Shown here: positions 18,265 to 27,959 of the stretch, in pieces
How positions within the stretch are numbered: position 1 is the stretch's first letter
Layout of the letters: every line of letters starts with the position of its first letter
Assembly: GCA_964385755.1 (NCBI GenBank)
Contig: CAYLPZ010000001.1
Coordinates: forward strand, 227,529 to 291,528
Direction of reading: 5' to 3'
Source: an uncultured Coprobacillus sp.
GTDB lineage: Bacteria; Bacillota_I; Bacilli_A; ML615J-28; CAG-698
Length of the DNA stretch: 64,000 nucleotides
Program-made: the position numbers and the translations under genes
Notes under the pieces: generated by a model
Told to the model about the DNA's origin: nothing
Database searches by the model: none
Seen by the model: the letters and a program-made list of their open reading frames with translations, nothing else

Positions 18265-18849
18265 CTATACAGTTTTACGATACATGCCATCTTTTATACA
18301 ATAAGCATAAATATATCCACTTCCTCTTCTAAAAAAGTAACCTTGTGCATCTTGCTCAGGATATAATTTAATGATTTCAACTCTATCAGATGTTACATAT
18401 GCAATAAAGCTAATATAGTGTTCTTTTGTCATTTGATGTTTTATTGTTACAAAATATTCATTTTCAGCTATTTCAACATTTATTTTATGAAAATCATCAT
18501 CTTCATTAATTAAAGCAGGAAGCATGGTAATCCCACAACATACATTAACACTCTCACCAACACTAGTTATTATGTTATGACAAATTGGACACACTTTAAA
18601 ACTAACCTTTTTCATATTCGATGAAACATTATTATTAATAATATTTTCACCATTTAAAAGCTCAATAACACTAATATCTAGTGCTTTAGCTAGAGGTTCA
18701 AGCATAGAGATATCTGGATATCCTTTTCCACACTCCCATTTACTTATTGTTTTATCACTAACACTAAGCACATTAGCTAAATCCTCTTGAGTCATTTTCT
18801 TATTTATTCTTAACTTTTTTATTAATTGTCCTTGTACATAATTATTCAT
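18265..18849 (-). CDS. XRE-family HTH regulator fused to a desulforedoxin-like Cys4 motif and a degenerate SOR-like domain
   Basis: N-terminus …MTQEDLANVLSVSDKTISKWECGKGYPDISMLEPLAKAL matches HTH_3. Then CPICHNIITSVGESVNVCCG (C-x2-C-x13-CC), which is the desulforedoxin / desulfoferrodoxin N-domain pattern. The C-terminus has EHYISFIAYV resembling the SOR EKHYIxWIEL motif, but the full His4Cys ligand set is incomplete. Confidence 0.5.
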   Translation of the reverse strand: MNNYVQGQLIKKLRINKKMTQEDLANVLSVSDKTISKWECGKGYPDISMLEPLAKALDISVIELLNGENIINNNVSSNMKKVSFKVCPICHNIITSVGESVNVCCGITMLPALINEDDDFHKINVEIAENEYFVTIKHQMTKEHYISFIAYVTSDRVEIIKLYPEQDAQGYFFRRGSGYIYAYCIKDGMYRKTV

Positions 18850-18931
18850 AATATTTTTCTCCTTTGCAAATTAATTATATAGCAAAAAAACAAAAAAATG
18901 TACCTACGTTAAGTAGAGTACTAGTCTTGTT

Positions 18932-19285
18932 CTAACATAAATTTCTAACATACACTTTACAATCACTAATTGTTAATTTTTGATTGGTAAGTACTAAAGT
19001 TAATAATCCATTTTCATAAGTATAGTTTTTTACGTATTGTATAGTGTTATTACTTTCAATTTGTTTTTGATTTTCAAAAATAAATAAATGTTTAGAATCA
19101 CCATCAAAAGCGCTCCTACAACCATTTGCAATAAAATGAAAATCAATATCAAACGAAATTAATAAGTAAATATTTCCTTGTTTATACTCTATTTTATCTA
19201 CTGTTATTTCATATAAATCATAGTTTTTTACAAAATCTTTTAACTGCATTTGTGTACTTTCCTCTTTATAATTTTTAATAAACAT
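18932..19285 (-). CDS. Hypothetical protein
   Basis: 117-aa ORF with no recognisable family. Confidence 0.4.
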   Translation of the reverse strand: MFIKNYKEESTQMQLKDFVKNYDLYEITVDKIEYKQGNIYLLISFDIDFHFIANGCRSAFDGDSKHLFIFENQKQIESNNTIQYVKNYTYENGLLTLVLTNQKLTISDCKVYVRNLC

Positions 19286-19337
19286 ATAATGATATTATAT
19301 ATGAATAATGCTATAAAATCAATATTCTTATTTTATA

Positions 19338-19370
19338 CATAAAAAATGACTAGTAATATAACTAGTCATT
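19338..19370 (-). terminator. Terminator of the 710-aa lipoprotein gene
   Basis: Perfect AATGACTAGT-n6-ACTAGTCATT stem overlapping the stop codon, with a T-run on the minus strand. Confidence 0.6.
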
Positions 19371-21501
19371 ATCGATAAATCGTTAATACATCATTAATTG
19401 TAATATAATTTCCTTGGTATGTTATTAACATATCATATGTACCTTCACTATTTAAACTACCATATGTATCATTATAATAATATGTATTACTAATTACCAT
19501 TCCTTTATAAATAATAAAATTAGTTACTACTTCACAAGCAAACCATGGTTCACAGATAATTTTTTTATCACCATTAATAAAGTAAATCATTGCACCATCT
19601 AAATAATTATCACCACTAATGTAACTAAATGTTTCTCCTTTGTATGTCATATCTACTGATACTTCAAATGATGGATAATCATATGACTTTTCCATATAGA
19701 ATGGAAATTCAATTGATCGCTTTTTTATAGAAACTACTACATCAAATAATTCGCAACTACCATTTACTTCTAAATTAGAAAAGTTATATATTGCATTATT
19801 CTTTACTATTTTTTCATATTGATAATTTGCCATATCATAATATTTTTCATCTAAAATACCATCTTTAATATCAGCATCAGTAAGTAAAGTAGCTAAACTG
19901 TCTTCCTTATTTGTTATATAAATACCTAAATTTTTATTTTCATCTAATTTAAAATATGCTATATCATTATATATTGTATTATTTATTTTCTCATTTGTCT
20001 TTGTATCAATACACATAATAAACGATGTTAAACATAAATATCTATCTCGCATTTTATATGATACAATAGATGATGAAACTTCATAATAACCGTCATTATT
20101 AATATCTGATAGGCATACACTTGTTATCGTGCTATTGTTTTTCATATTGAAATCAAAAATTGATATATTATATATTTGATTATTTATTTTCACAAAATAT
20201 GTTATGTTATTCTCATCACTTAAAGAAAAAATATCAAAAGATAAATTATCACTCAGTGTTTCATCAGTATAATTTTTAAATTGCTTATTCTCATACTTAT
20301 TATTTTCAAAACACCCTAATATTTCACTTTCGTGAAGTTTTGACTCTTTAGCAGGTTTTATAATGATAGGTTCTATTGAGTTATTTATTTTTTTATATTG
20401 TATTAATACATCTTTTGATGTTATTTCAAAATAATAGATATTATTATTTGAATTTAACAAAGTATCATTTGCGAAAAGTTCATAAGTCTCATCTAAATTT
20501 GCATATAGCGTTATAATTGTATTACTTTCATACTTCTTACTAGTTATTTCATCTTTATTAGAAATTAAATTATCTTCATCTATTATTGACACACTATAAT
20601 ATACATCTTTTGTTTTTGTATTAAACGTATATTCTACGTAATCACCATTTTTAAACTCTAAAGTATAGACATATATTTTTTCAAGTTCTAAAATAATTTC
20701 TTTGCTTGTAAACCATTTACTTTCAAATAATATTTTCTCATTTGATAATTGATTATTATAATCATAAGATTTTAGTATACATTTTTTGAACTTATCATAC
20801 TCTTCTAAATTATAATCTATAGTATATAAAATAAAATTATATTCTACATCATCAAGTAACTCTTGGTTATTTTTTATACTTTCATTTAGTGTATAAATAT
20901 CAATATCTTTTTGTGAAAAATCATTCCAGCTATAATTTGCTTTTACAACTTTTCTTAATTCATTAGTTTGATAACTATTTTCATTTTTTTCATAACTATA
21001 AGAAAAACTTAAAGAAGGTGCATTGAAAAAACTTTGTGAAATTATGCCTAGAACTTGCTCTTTGCATAAGGAATAAAAACTTAGAGCACATTTATTAAAT
21101 ATTGATGAAGGCACCGCATTATCTCCTGTTGATTTTTTTTCTTCACCATCAACATACTTTATAACTAAGTTCCATCCTCCACCATCAATTACATCACTTT
21201 TGCTATATGAACTATTGATATCAAAAAGACCATATAAATAAATATTATTAATAAATGTTATTTCTTCATCTTCAGTAAATGTATTAATCACTTCATATTG
21301 ACTACTATCATCATTAATATATGGTCCCTTTTTATATGCTTTGTTATTAATAAAATCAATTTTATATTCTTTTTTTACTCCACCATTGTAATCGATAGTT
21401 TCATAAATTATTTCAGTTACTTCTTTTCCATCATATACTTTTTGACAACTTACCAAACATAAAAATATAAGACAAAAAATAATTAATTTATATACTTTCA
21501 T
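19369..21501 (-). CDS. Large lipoprotein of unknown function
   Basis: 710 aa. Lipoprotein signal MKVYKLIIFCLIFLCLVSC (lipobox LVSC). Asn/Tyr-rich low-complexity composition. Confidence 0.6.
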   Translation of the reverse strand: MKVYKLIIFCLIFLCLVSCQKVYDGKEVTEIIYETIDYNGGVKKEYKIDFINNKAYKKGPYINDDSSQYEVINTFTEDEEITFINNIYLYGLFDINSSYSKSDVIDGGGWNLVIKYVDGEEKKSTGDNAVPSSIFNKCALSFYSLCKEQVLGIISQSFFNAPSLSFSYSYEKNENSYQTNELRKVVKANYSWNDFSQKDIDIYTLNESIKNNQELLDDVEYNFILYTIDYNLEEYDKFKKCILKSYDYNNQLSNEKILFESKWFTSKEIILELEKIYVYTLEFKNGDYVEYTFNTKTKDVYYSVSIIDEDNLISNKDEITSKKYESNTIITLYANLDETYELFANDTLLNSNNNIYYFEITSKDVLIQYKKINNSIEPIIIKPAKESKLHESEILGCFENNKYENKQFKNYTDETLSDNLSFDIFSLSDENNITYFVKINNQIYNISIFDFNMKNNSTITSVCLSDINNDGYYEVSSSIVSYKMRDRYLCLTSFIMCIDTKTNEKINNTIYNDIAYFKLDENKNLGIYITNKEDSLATLLTDADIKDGILDEKYYDMANYQYEKIVKNNAIYNFSNLEVNGSCELFDVVVSIKKRSIEFPFYMEKSYDYPSFEVSVDMTYKGETFSYISGDNYLDGAMIYFINGDKKIICEPWFACEVVTNFIIYKGMVISNTYYYNDTYGSLNSEGTYDMLITYQGNYITINDVLTIYR

Positions 21502-22306
21502 TTAATCTACTTTTTCTCCTTAATAATCTATCAACACCTTTATATATTGTAACAAATAAATATGCAATGCCTAAATATGCAAAGAATACTATAATTGTAT
21601 AAATAAATCTAAGATTTTTCCCCACAAAAAAATTAGCTATTGTAGGAAGTACTGGTGCTCCCCATCCCTCGTAATAAAGCATATAGTCTGCTTTTAATAT
21701 ATAATCAATTGGTATTACAATGACTGAAAATAAAGCTAAAGGAATAAAAGCATTAATACCATCTTTCCATTCAAATTTCTTATATCCACTCACTACAATT
21801 AATAGACCTGTTAATACCATAAAGAAATGAAAATACAACGAAATAAAAGTTGCGAAAGTAAAAAATGGATATGTGTGAAGTATTACTGTAATATAAAAAT
21901 TAGTAAATCCACCAAACAAGCCAATTGTTGTAAGAAAACAAATTGCACAGTCTTTTACTTTTCCTTTACACCATGCAGCAAGTGGTAGTGTGTATATAAA
22001 CATGCTACAAGTGTAAAGTGGTAATAATCCTGTTAAGTTGAATCCATAGCCAAACTTTACATCCCAATATGTTTCCCATACAATCTTTATTGTTTCAATA
22101 ATTGGAACTGCTATTGAAAGAACCTTTAAATATGTTTCTAAGGTTTTTCTTTTCATATTACGACATAAAACACATAAAAGAATAATTAGAAAAGTTGCGA
22201 AAATCATAAAAAGTATATGTGTTGTACTAAAGTAATCTTCTCCATGATAGTCTTCGATGAAACCTTTGTAGTCAAAAAAATTATATAAAAACATTTTATC
22301 CTCCAA
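21488..22306 (-). CDS. Polytopic membrane protein (YwaF/TIGR02206-like), paralog B
   Basis: 272 aa, ~7 TM. Paralogous to the upstream gene (shared …ESIKIxxxxYxxxxxxxxFPLxxCSxxxYxL…CKG… core). Confidence 0.45.
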   Translation of the reverse strand: MEDKMFLYNFFDYKGFIEDYHGEDYFSTTHILFMIFATFLIILLCVLCRNMKRKTLETYLKVLSIAVPIIETIKIVWETYWDVKFGYGFNLTGLLPLYTCSMFIYTLPLAAWCKGKVKDCAICFLTTIGLFGGFTNFYITVILHTYPFFTFATFISLYFHFFMVLTGLLIVVSGYKKFEWKDGINAFIPLALFSVIVIPIDYILKADYMLYYEGWGAPVLPTIANFFVGKNLRFIYTIIVFFAYLGIAYLFVTIYKGVDRLLRRKSRLNESI

Positions 22307-23054
22307 ATTTATTAATTATTTTCACAATGATTAATGTAATAAAATACATCATTGAATAAGCTACAAGAATAATTATTGTATATAGTATTTGTGAATATTT
22401 ATAAATATCAATCACAAACTGAAATGGAAAATTATATGGATTATAATAAAACATCATATTACACTCTAATGTATAATCCATAAAAATGGCAACAAGAGAA
22501 AATGAATATAAAAAGAGAAGATAATATTTAGTATTTTTTACCTTATATTCTACTGCTCTTGTCTTGTATATCATTACACCATAATAAATCATTACACTAT
22601 GAAAGAATAATGAATAAAAACATAAAAAATGAAAGATTGGATAATCTGCAAGTGAAGTAGTAGGAAAAAGCAAAAATCCCGCCCCCGCAAGCATTCCTGG
22701 TCCACTTAAAAACACTAAACCACACTTTTGGATAACACCTTTACAAAAGCCAACCATATATAGTGAATACATAAGAAGTGAGCAGTATGCTAAAGGAAAC
22801 CACGAATCTAAATAGGTATGTCCATAATAAAAACTATGAATTATCTTTATCGACTCAAGTATTGTTATGACAACTGCTAATAACCTACAGCTTTTGATTA
22901 CCTGCTCTTTGGTTTTATTACGATTTAAATATACTAGTAAAACAATTAATAGTATACATATAATAACACTAATAATATGTGCTAAAGAAAATAAACCACA
23001 TGGTGGATATTTTTGTTGATCTTTAGACGCAAAAAAATCAATAAGTAATTTCAT
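22296..23054 (-). CDS. Polytopic membrane protein (YwaF/TIGR02206-like), paralog A
   Basis: 252 aa, ~7 TM. Overlaps the downstream paralog by 11 bp. Confidence 0.45.
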   Translation of the reverse strand: MKLLIDFFASKDQQKYPPCGLFSLAHIISVIICILLIVLLVYLNRNKTKEQVIKSCRLLAVVITILESIKIIHSFYYGHTYLDSWFPLAYCSLLMYSLYMVGFCKGVIQKCGLVFLSGPGMLAGAGFLLFPTTSLADYPIFHFLCFYSLFFHSVMIYYGVMIYKTRAVEYKVKNTKYYLLFLYSFSLVAIFMDYTLECNMMFYYNPYNFPFQFVIDIYKYSQILYTIIILVAYSMMYFITLIIVKIINKFGG

Positions 23055-23283
23055 TTTTCCTCTTTATTTTTATTTTCCTACTAATATAACAAATAATGTT
23101 TATTTATTTCTAAATATATATATAAATTATTAAAAAAGATGGAATTATTTGTAAAAAATAAAATGATAAATTGCATATTAACAATTTATCATCTTATATT
23201 CTATTTATTAAGATAATCTTCTATTATCAAACAAAATCAATCATTATTTATCTAATACTATTATAGTAAAACAAATAATAAAT

Positions 23284-23312
23284 GCTCTTCTATTTAATAT
23301 CAATAGAAGAGC
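23284..23312 (-). terminator. Intrinsic-terminator-like hairpin inside the long 5' leader of the membrane-protein operon (candidate attenuator)
   Basis: Perfect 10-bp stem GCTCTTCTAT-n9-ATAGAAGAGC, followed on the minus strand by ATTTATTATTTGTTTT. It lies ~230 nt upstream of the start codon at 23054. Confidence 0.4.
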
Positions 23313-23795
23313 ACCACTATTAGTGTTTTTGTTTACTTTAAAACAAATTGCATAAATGCTTCAACTTCATGTAAATTAAAGTTTTCTAGTGATATATAAC
23401 TTCCACTTTATATATCAAAATAGGTCAAGTAAAATAATAATATTTAACTTGCCTATCAATTCCCCCCATCAAAATAAACATTTCATATACAAAATTTTAG
23501 GATAAATTTACCATTGGCTAAATAATTATATTTTTCAACAACTAATTAGATATAGTATTTATAAAAAATAATAGGCAAGCATATAGATAATATTATTTAT
23601 GTAATAAAATTTTAAAGTAAATAAACAAATAGTTATTATCTAATTTATGATTGATCACATATTATAATATCCATAGTATTATTATATAAAATTTAATTAA
23701 TATTGTCAATATAATATTTTTAAAATAGTATTGAAAATAAAAATTTGGTGTATTATAATATTATGATTAAATCAAGTGGTTTACAGGTGAAGCAT

Positions 23796-24155
23796 ATGCA
23801 TTGGAAAGATGAAATTGAAGAGAATTTAAAATTTGGTGTAATTGATATTGTTATTCTTAAATTGTTATCTAAGCAAGATATGTATGGATACCAAATTAAA
23901 CAAATGATTGAAGAAACTTGTAATCACAAAATTGAAATTAAGATGGGGTCACTTTATGGACCTCTTTACCGAATGGAAAAGAAAAATATGATTTCTTCTC
24001 GAAAAGAACTTGCTGGAGAAAAAAGATTTCGCATGTACTATCAAATTGAAAATGGAGGAAAAGAATATTTAGATTATGCATTAAATCGCTTTAATGAGAT
24101 ATATGATTGCTTTAATAATATTTTAAACGATAAAGAGGAACAAGAAAATGAATAG
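23796..24155 (+). CDS. PadR-family transcriptional regulator
   Basis: VILKLLSKQDMYGYQIKQMIEE…GSLYGPLYRMEKKNMI matches the PadR winged helix. The start is placed at the second ATG (AGGTGA RBS). The ORF track's 23745 start has no RBS. Confidence 0.7.
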   Translation: MHWKDEIEENLKFGVIDIVILKLLSKQDMYGYQIKQMIEETCNHKIEIKMGSLYGPLYRMEKKNMISSRKELAGEKRFRMYYQIENGGKEYLDYALNRFNEIYDCFNNILNDKEEQENE

Positions 24156-24504
24156 CGAATTAAAAAAAGAAATTAAGAAATATTTATCAGAAGTAAAAAA
24201 AGGATTACATTGTGATATTAGTTTTAAGAAAGCATTTTTATCTGATTTAAAAAATGAACTTACCAATTATATTGATGAGCATCAAGAAGTTACTATAGAA
24301 AATATTATAAACGAATTTGGAAGTCCTAATCAAATAATTTCAAATTTTAAATCTAGTGATTATCTTATTCTAAAAAAGAAAATAAACATTAATTTATTCA
24401 TTGGAATATTCTTTATAATTTTATCAATACTTCTAATATTTGCACTTATATATACGATATATAACCTTGGTGGAACAATTTATGTTAGCGAACCATATAA
24501 ATGA
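24148..24504 (+). CDS. PadR-associated membrane protein (DUF1700-like)
   Basis: 118 aa. The start overlaps the padR stop. C-terminal TM helix. This pairing is typical of PadR operons. Confidence 0.5.
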   Translation: MNSELKKEIKKYLSEVKKGLHCDISFKKAFLSDLKNELTNYIDEHQEVTIENIINEFGSPNQIISNFKSSDYLILKKKININLFIGIFFIILSILLIFALIYTIYNLGGTIYVSEPYK

Positions 24505-24617
24505 AAGTAGATTTTATGAAAAAAATAATTACATTTGTTTTTGTTTTATTTGTTACAACACAAACAGTAAATATTGATATCAAATTATCTTGTGATGAAT
24601 ATGGGAATTTATCTTAA
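24501..24617 (+). CDS. Small hydrophobic peptide (33-38 aa), translationally coupled to the upstream gene
   Basis: ATGA overlap with the preceding stop. MKVDFMKKIITFVFVLFVTTQTVNIDIKLSCDEYGNLS. Followed immediately by a terminator. Confidence 0.3.
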   Translation: MKVDFMKKIITFVFVLFVTTQTVNIDIKLSCDEYGNLS

Positions 24618-24628
24618 ATAATAAAAAT

Positions 24629-24662
24629 GGTTTAACAAGAGATTTGTTAAACCACTTTTTTT
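24629..24662 (+). terminator. Rho-independent terminator of the padR operon
   Basis: GGTTTAACAA-n5-TTGTTAAACC followed by TTTTTTT. Confidence 0.6.
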
Positions 24663-24856
24663 ATACAAATTCATTATTTAAAAACTTTTACATTTTGTTA
24701 AAGCACTAATTACATGGCATCAATTTATTAGTTCTTAATCCATTTTGCGTAGAGTCTTGTTTCTTGATAACTATCATTATAATAATCATTATTTGCAAGA
24801 CTGTTTTGATATTCTTCTAGCCAACTATGAAAGTGTTTAAAATTTATTTTGTAAAA

Positions 24857-26218
24857 TTATTTACGCTCTAAGCAAACCACACACTCAACGTTTGATGTTT
24901 GTGGGAACATATCAATTGGTTGAACGTATTTAATATCATAATAATTTCTTAAATGATTAATGTTTTTCGCAAGCGTTGAAGGATTACATGATACATATAT
25001 AATATTTTTGATTTTACATTTTTGGAAGTAGTTAATTAATTGTAGTTCTAATCCTTTTCTAGGTGGATCGACTATTGCAACATCAATATTATATCCTTCT
25101 TCTTCGAATTCTTTTAATTTCTTTATGATATTATCACAATAAAACTTTGTATTTGTAATATTATTCTCTAAAGCAAATTGTTTAGCGTTTTCGATATTTT
25201 CTTTAAGAATATCTACCCCTCTAACTTCTTTTACTTTATTTGCAAGGTATAATCCTATAGAACCAATTCCACAGAACAAATCAACTACATTTTCACTTCC
25301 TTGTGGATTTACTGCTTTGATGATTTGATCATATAATACTGTTGTTTGAAGACTATTTAACTGGAAGAATGACTTAGGTGAAATATTAAATGTTAAGTGT
25401 CCAAGTTTACCAGTTACAGTTTCTTTTCCACCAATATTAACTACATTATTTGGCATTATTTCAATTGCCTTTGGATCATTATTAATTGAATAGTTAATAG
25501 AAACAACATTGTCAATTTCAATTGTTTTCTTTAAAATATTAATTATTCTTTTTTCTTCTTCACATAGAACATAAGTAACTTGTACTTCCCCAGTTTCTTC
25601 GAATCCACGTAATACAATATATTTTAAATTACCTTGTCTAAAGCGAGGATTATATACATTAATACTTGCTTTAGTTAGATAATCTAATATTTTAGTCATT
25701 GTATCAGAAATTAGTTTATTTTCAATTAAGCATTTGTCAATGTAAACTAAACGATTAGAATCTATCTCATATAAACCCACAACAACTTTATCACCATCAT
25801 GACGAGTAGGAAGTTGTGTTTTATTTCGAAATTCCCATGGATTATCCATTCCCAAGCATTTTTTTACAAATATTTTCGCATAGTTTCCATCATAGTATTT
25901 TTCAAATGCTTCTAGTACTTGATCTTTTTTATATTCAAGCTGTCCTTCATAGCTTAGATGTTGAAGTTGACATCCTCCACATCTTCCAAAATATGGACAT
26001 TTTGGATTAACACGTTTACTAGATATTTTTTTATAACTAGTTACTTTACCATAAGCATATTTTTCTAAATCTTTTGTTATTTCAACTTCTACGATTTCCC
26101 CAACTAATGTACCAGGAATAAATACTGCTTTACGTTTATAATAAGCTATTCCTTCGCCATTAATTCCCATTCTTTTTACTGTTAATAATAATGTGTTTTT
26201 CTTGTTTGTATTATTCAT
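24857..26218 (-). CDS. rlmD: 23S rRNA (uracil-C5)-methyltransferase RlmD/RumA family (TRAM + Fe-S + SAM MTase)
   Basis: TRAM domain. 4Fe-4S Cys cluster CPYFGRCGGCQLQH. MTase motifs DLFCGIGSIG, DPPRKG, nucleophile Cys. Confidence 0.8.
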   Translation of the reverse strand: MNNTNKKNTLLLTVKRMGINGEGIAYYKRKAVFIPGTLVGEIVEVEITKDLEKYAYGKVTSYKKISSKRVNPKCPYFGRCGGCQLQHLSYEGQLEYKKDQVLEAFEKYYDGNYAKIFVKKCLGMDNPWEFRNKTQLPTRHDGDKVVVGLYEIDSNRLVYIDKCLIENKLISDTMTKILDYLTKASINVYNPRFRQGNLKYIVLRGFEETGEVQVTYVLCEEEKRIINILKKTIEIDNVVSINYSINNDPKAIEIMPNNVVNIGGKETVTGKLGHLTFNISPKSFFQLNSLQTTVLYDQIIKAVNPQGSENVVDLFCGIGSIGLYLANKVKEVRGVDILKENIENAKQFALENNITNTKFYCDNIIKKLKEFEEEGYNIDVAIVDPPRKGLELQLINYFQKCKIKNIIYVSCNPSTLAKNINHLRNYYDIKYVQPIDMFPQTSNVECVVCLERK

Positions 26219-26296
26219 ATTTATCTCTTTCCTATTATTTAATTATACACGATTTAACAGCAAAACGCAAGAAAAGAACAAGACTTAATCTTGTTC

Positions 26297-27064
26297 TTAT
26301 TCATTTACAATAGTTGCTAGAGTCTTAAACTCATAACCTTGTTTTCTTGCTTCATCAATGATCATACCTAAACAATCCTTATTATCACTAGAAACAGTAT
26401 GAAGCAAAATTATACCTCCATTGTGGAATTGTTTACAAACTTCATTAAACCCATGATCTTTACCTTTCTGGTTTTTTGTATCCCAGTCAGCATAAGCTAT
26501 TGACCAAAAGAAAGTATGATATCCTAAATTCTTTATTTCTGTTAAACTTCTTTTATCAAACTCACCTTCTGGTGGCCTAAAATATAAAGATATTTTTTCA
26601 TTTGTTACTTCTTCATATGCCTTTTCTAGTTTTGCTACTTCTTCTTTTATTTCTTCACTAGATAGTTTTGTAATATTCTTATGTCCATAAGTATGATTAC
26701 CTACTGTATGACCTTTTGATACTATCAATCTAAGAAGATCAGGAAATCTTTTCACAAAATCACCAGTAACAAAGAATGTGGAAGGAACATTTTTTTCTTC
26801 AAGTGTATCAAGAATTGAAATTAAATTTCCATTATCGTATCCACAATCAAACGTTAAATATAATACTTTTTCATTTGTATTTCCGACATAATAAGAATTA
26901 GTTCCATCAATTTCTTGCTTGTATGAGCCGATATCAGGTGTTAAATGGTTATTATTTTTTCTATAACCAAAACCTTTCGCATTAACTCCTATAGTAAATG
27001 TAAATAAAGATAATACTAAGCTACATAAAATGAATATTTTATATATTAATTGCTTTTTATGCAT
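26297..27064 (-). CDS. Polysaccharide deacetylase family protein (NodB homology, PdaA-like)
   Basis: Signal peptide. NodB motifs TFDCGYDNG, HTVGNHTYGHKN. Confidence 0.7.
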   Translation of the reverse strand: MHKKQLIYKIFILCSLVLSLFTFTIGVNAKGFGYRKNNNHLTPDIGSYKQEIDGTNSYYVGNTNEKVLYLTFDCGYDNGNLISILDTLEEKNVPSTFFVTGDFVKRFPDLLRLIVSKGHTVGNHTYGHKNITKLSSEEIKEEVAKLEKAYEEVTNEKISLYFRPPEGEFDKRSLTEIKNLGYHTFFWSIAYADWDTKNQKGKDHGFNEVCKQFHNGGIILLHTVSSDNKDCLGMIIDEARKQGYEFKTLATIVNE

Positions 27065-27108
27065 GTTATTACCTCCATATATATTATATCCAATAATTAA
27101 ATAACTAC

Positions 27109-27957
27109 TTATTTATTTGCTTGGTATATTTTTACAACACCAAAAAGAATAATTATCAAAATAATATAAATTAGTAGTCCAAATGTTGAAATAATATAAA
27201 CGATTTGCATTGCAATACCTAAATTTAAAATTAGGTCTGATACTAGTTTTATAATAGCAATACAAAGATAGATTGCCATCGTAACAAATAAGCTTACTTT
27301 CCATACATCTTTAAAACGCATTTTCTTTGGTGGTAAATACATATTTAGAGTAAAAACAATTAAGTAATACAACGATAATTCACTAATGAATACATAGATA
27401 TTCCTAAATATATTATTAATTCTTAAAATATTCATAAAAAAATATGTACTATAAAAATTTATAACTAGTATAATTAATACCAAACAAATTAAAAGAAGAT
27501 AAACAAAAAAAGAAGATAGTTTATTATAAATATATCCATTACTAGGATAGTCTTTATATATTTTTAACGTATATAGTCTTATGTTAGTTAATACACTTGA
27601 AGAATAGAATAGTGCACTTAGAATCAAAATATAACTATATTTACTTAGTGATAATAATGAAATCATTTCACTAACTAATACATTAACAGCACTACCAAAT
27701 ATAGAAATAATATTTGCAATTAAAAACTCTGAAAACAAATTACTTGATAGTAATACACCTATTAACAAAATGACAAACGAAGAAAGAGATAATACCATAT
27801 AAAAAGCAATTGATGATGCATTTGTTAATATGTCATAATCATTTAAAAACTTAATTATTTTTTTAATTATATTTTTAATTTTTTTCATATTTTTATTATT
27901 CCCAAAAAGAAAGAAATAATAAAAAAATCTACCCATAAAGGGTAGATTCAAAGTCAT
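27109..27957 (-). CDS. YihY/BrkB-family membrane protein
   Basis: ASSIAFYMVLSLSSF N-terminal signature and 6 TM. Confidence 0.5.
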   Translation of the reverse strand: MTLNLPFMGRFFYYFFLFGNNKNMKKIKNIIKKIIKFLNDYDILTNASSIAFYMVLSLSSFVILLIGVLLSSNLFSEFLIANIISIFGSAVNVLVSEMISLLSLSKYSYILILSALFYSSSVLTNIRLYTLKIYKDYPSNGYIYNKLSSFFVYLLLICLVLIILVINFYSTYFFMNILRINNIFRNIYVFISELSLYYLIVFTLNMYLPPKKMRFKDVWKVSLFVTMAIYLCIAIIKLVSDLILNLGIAMQIVYIISTFGLLIYIILIIILFGVVKIYQANK

Positions 27958-27959
27958 AA

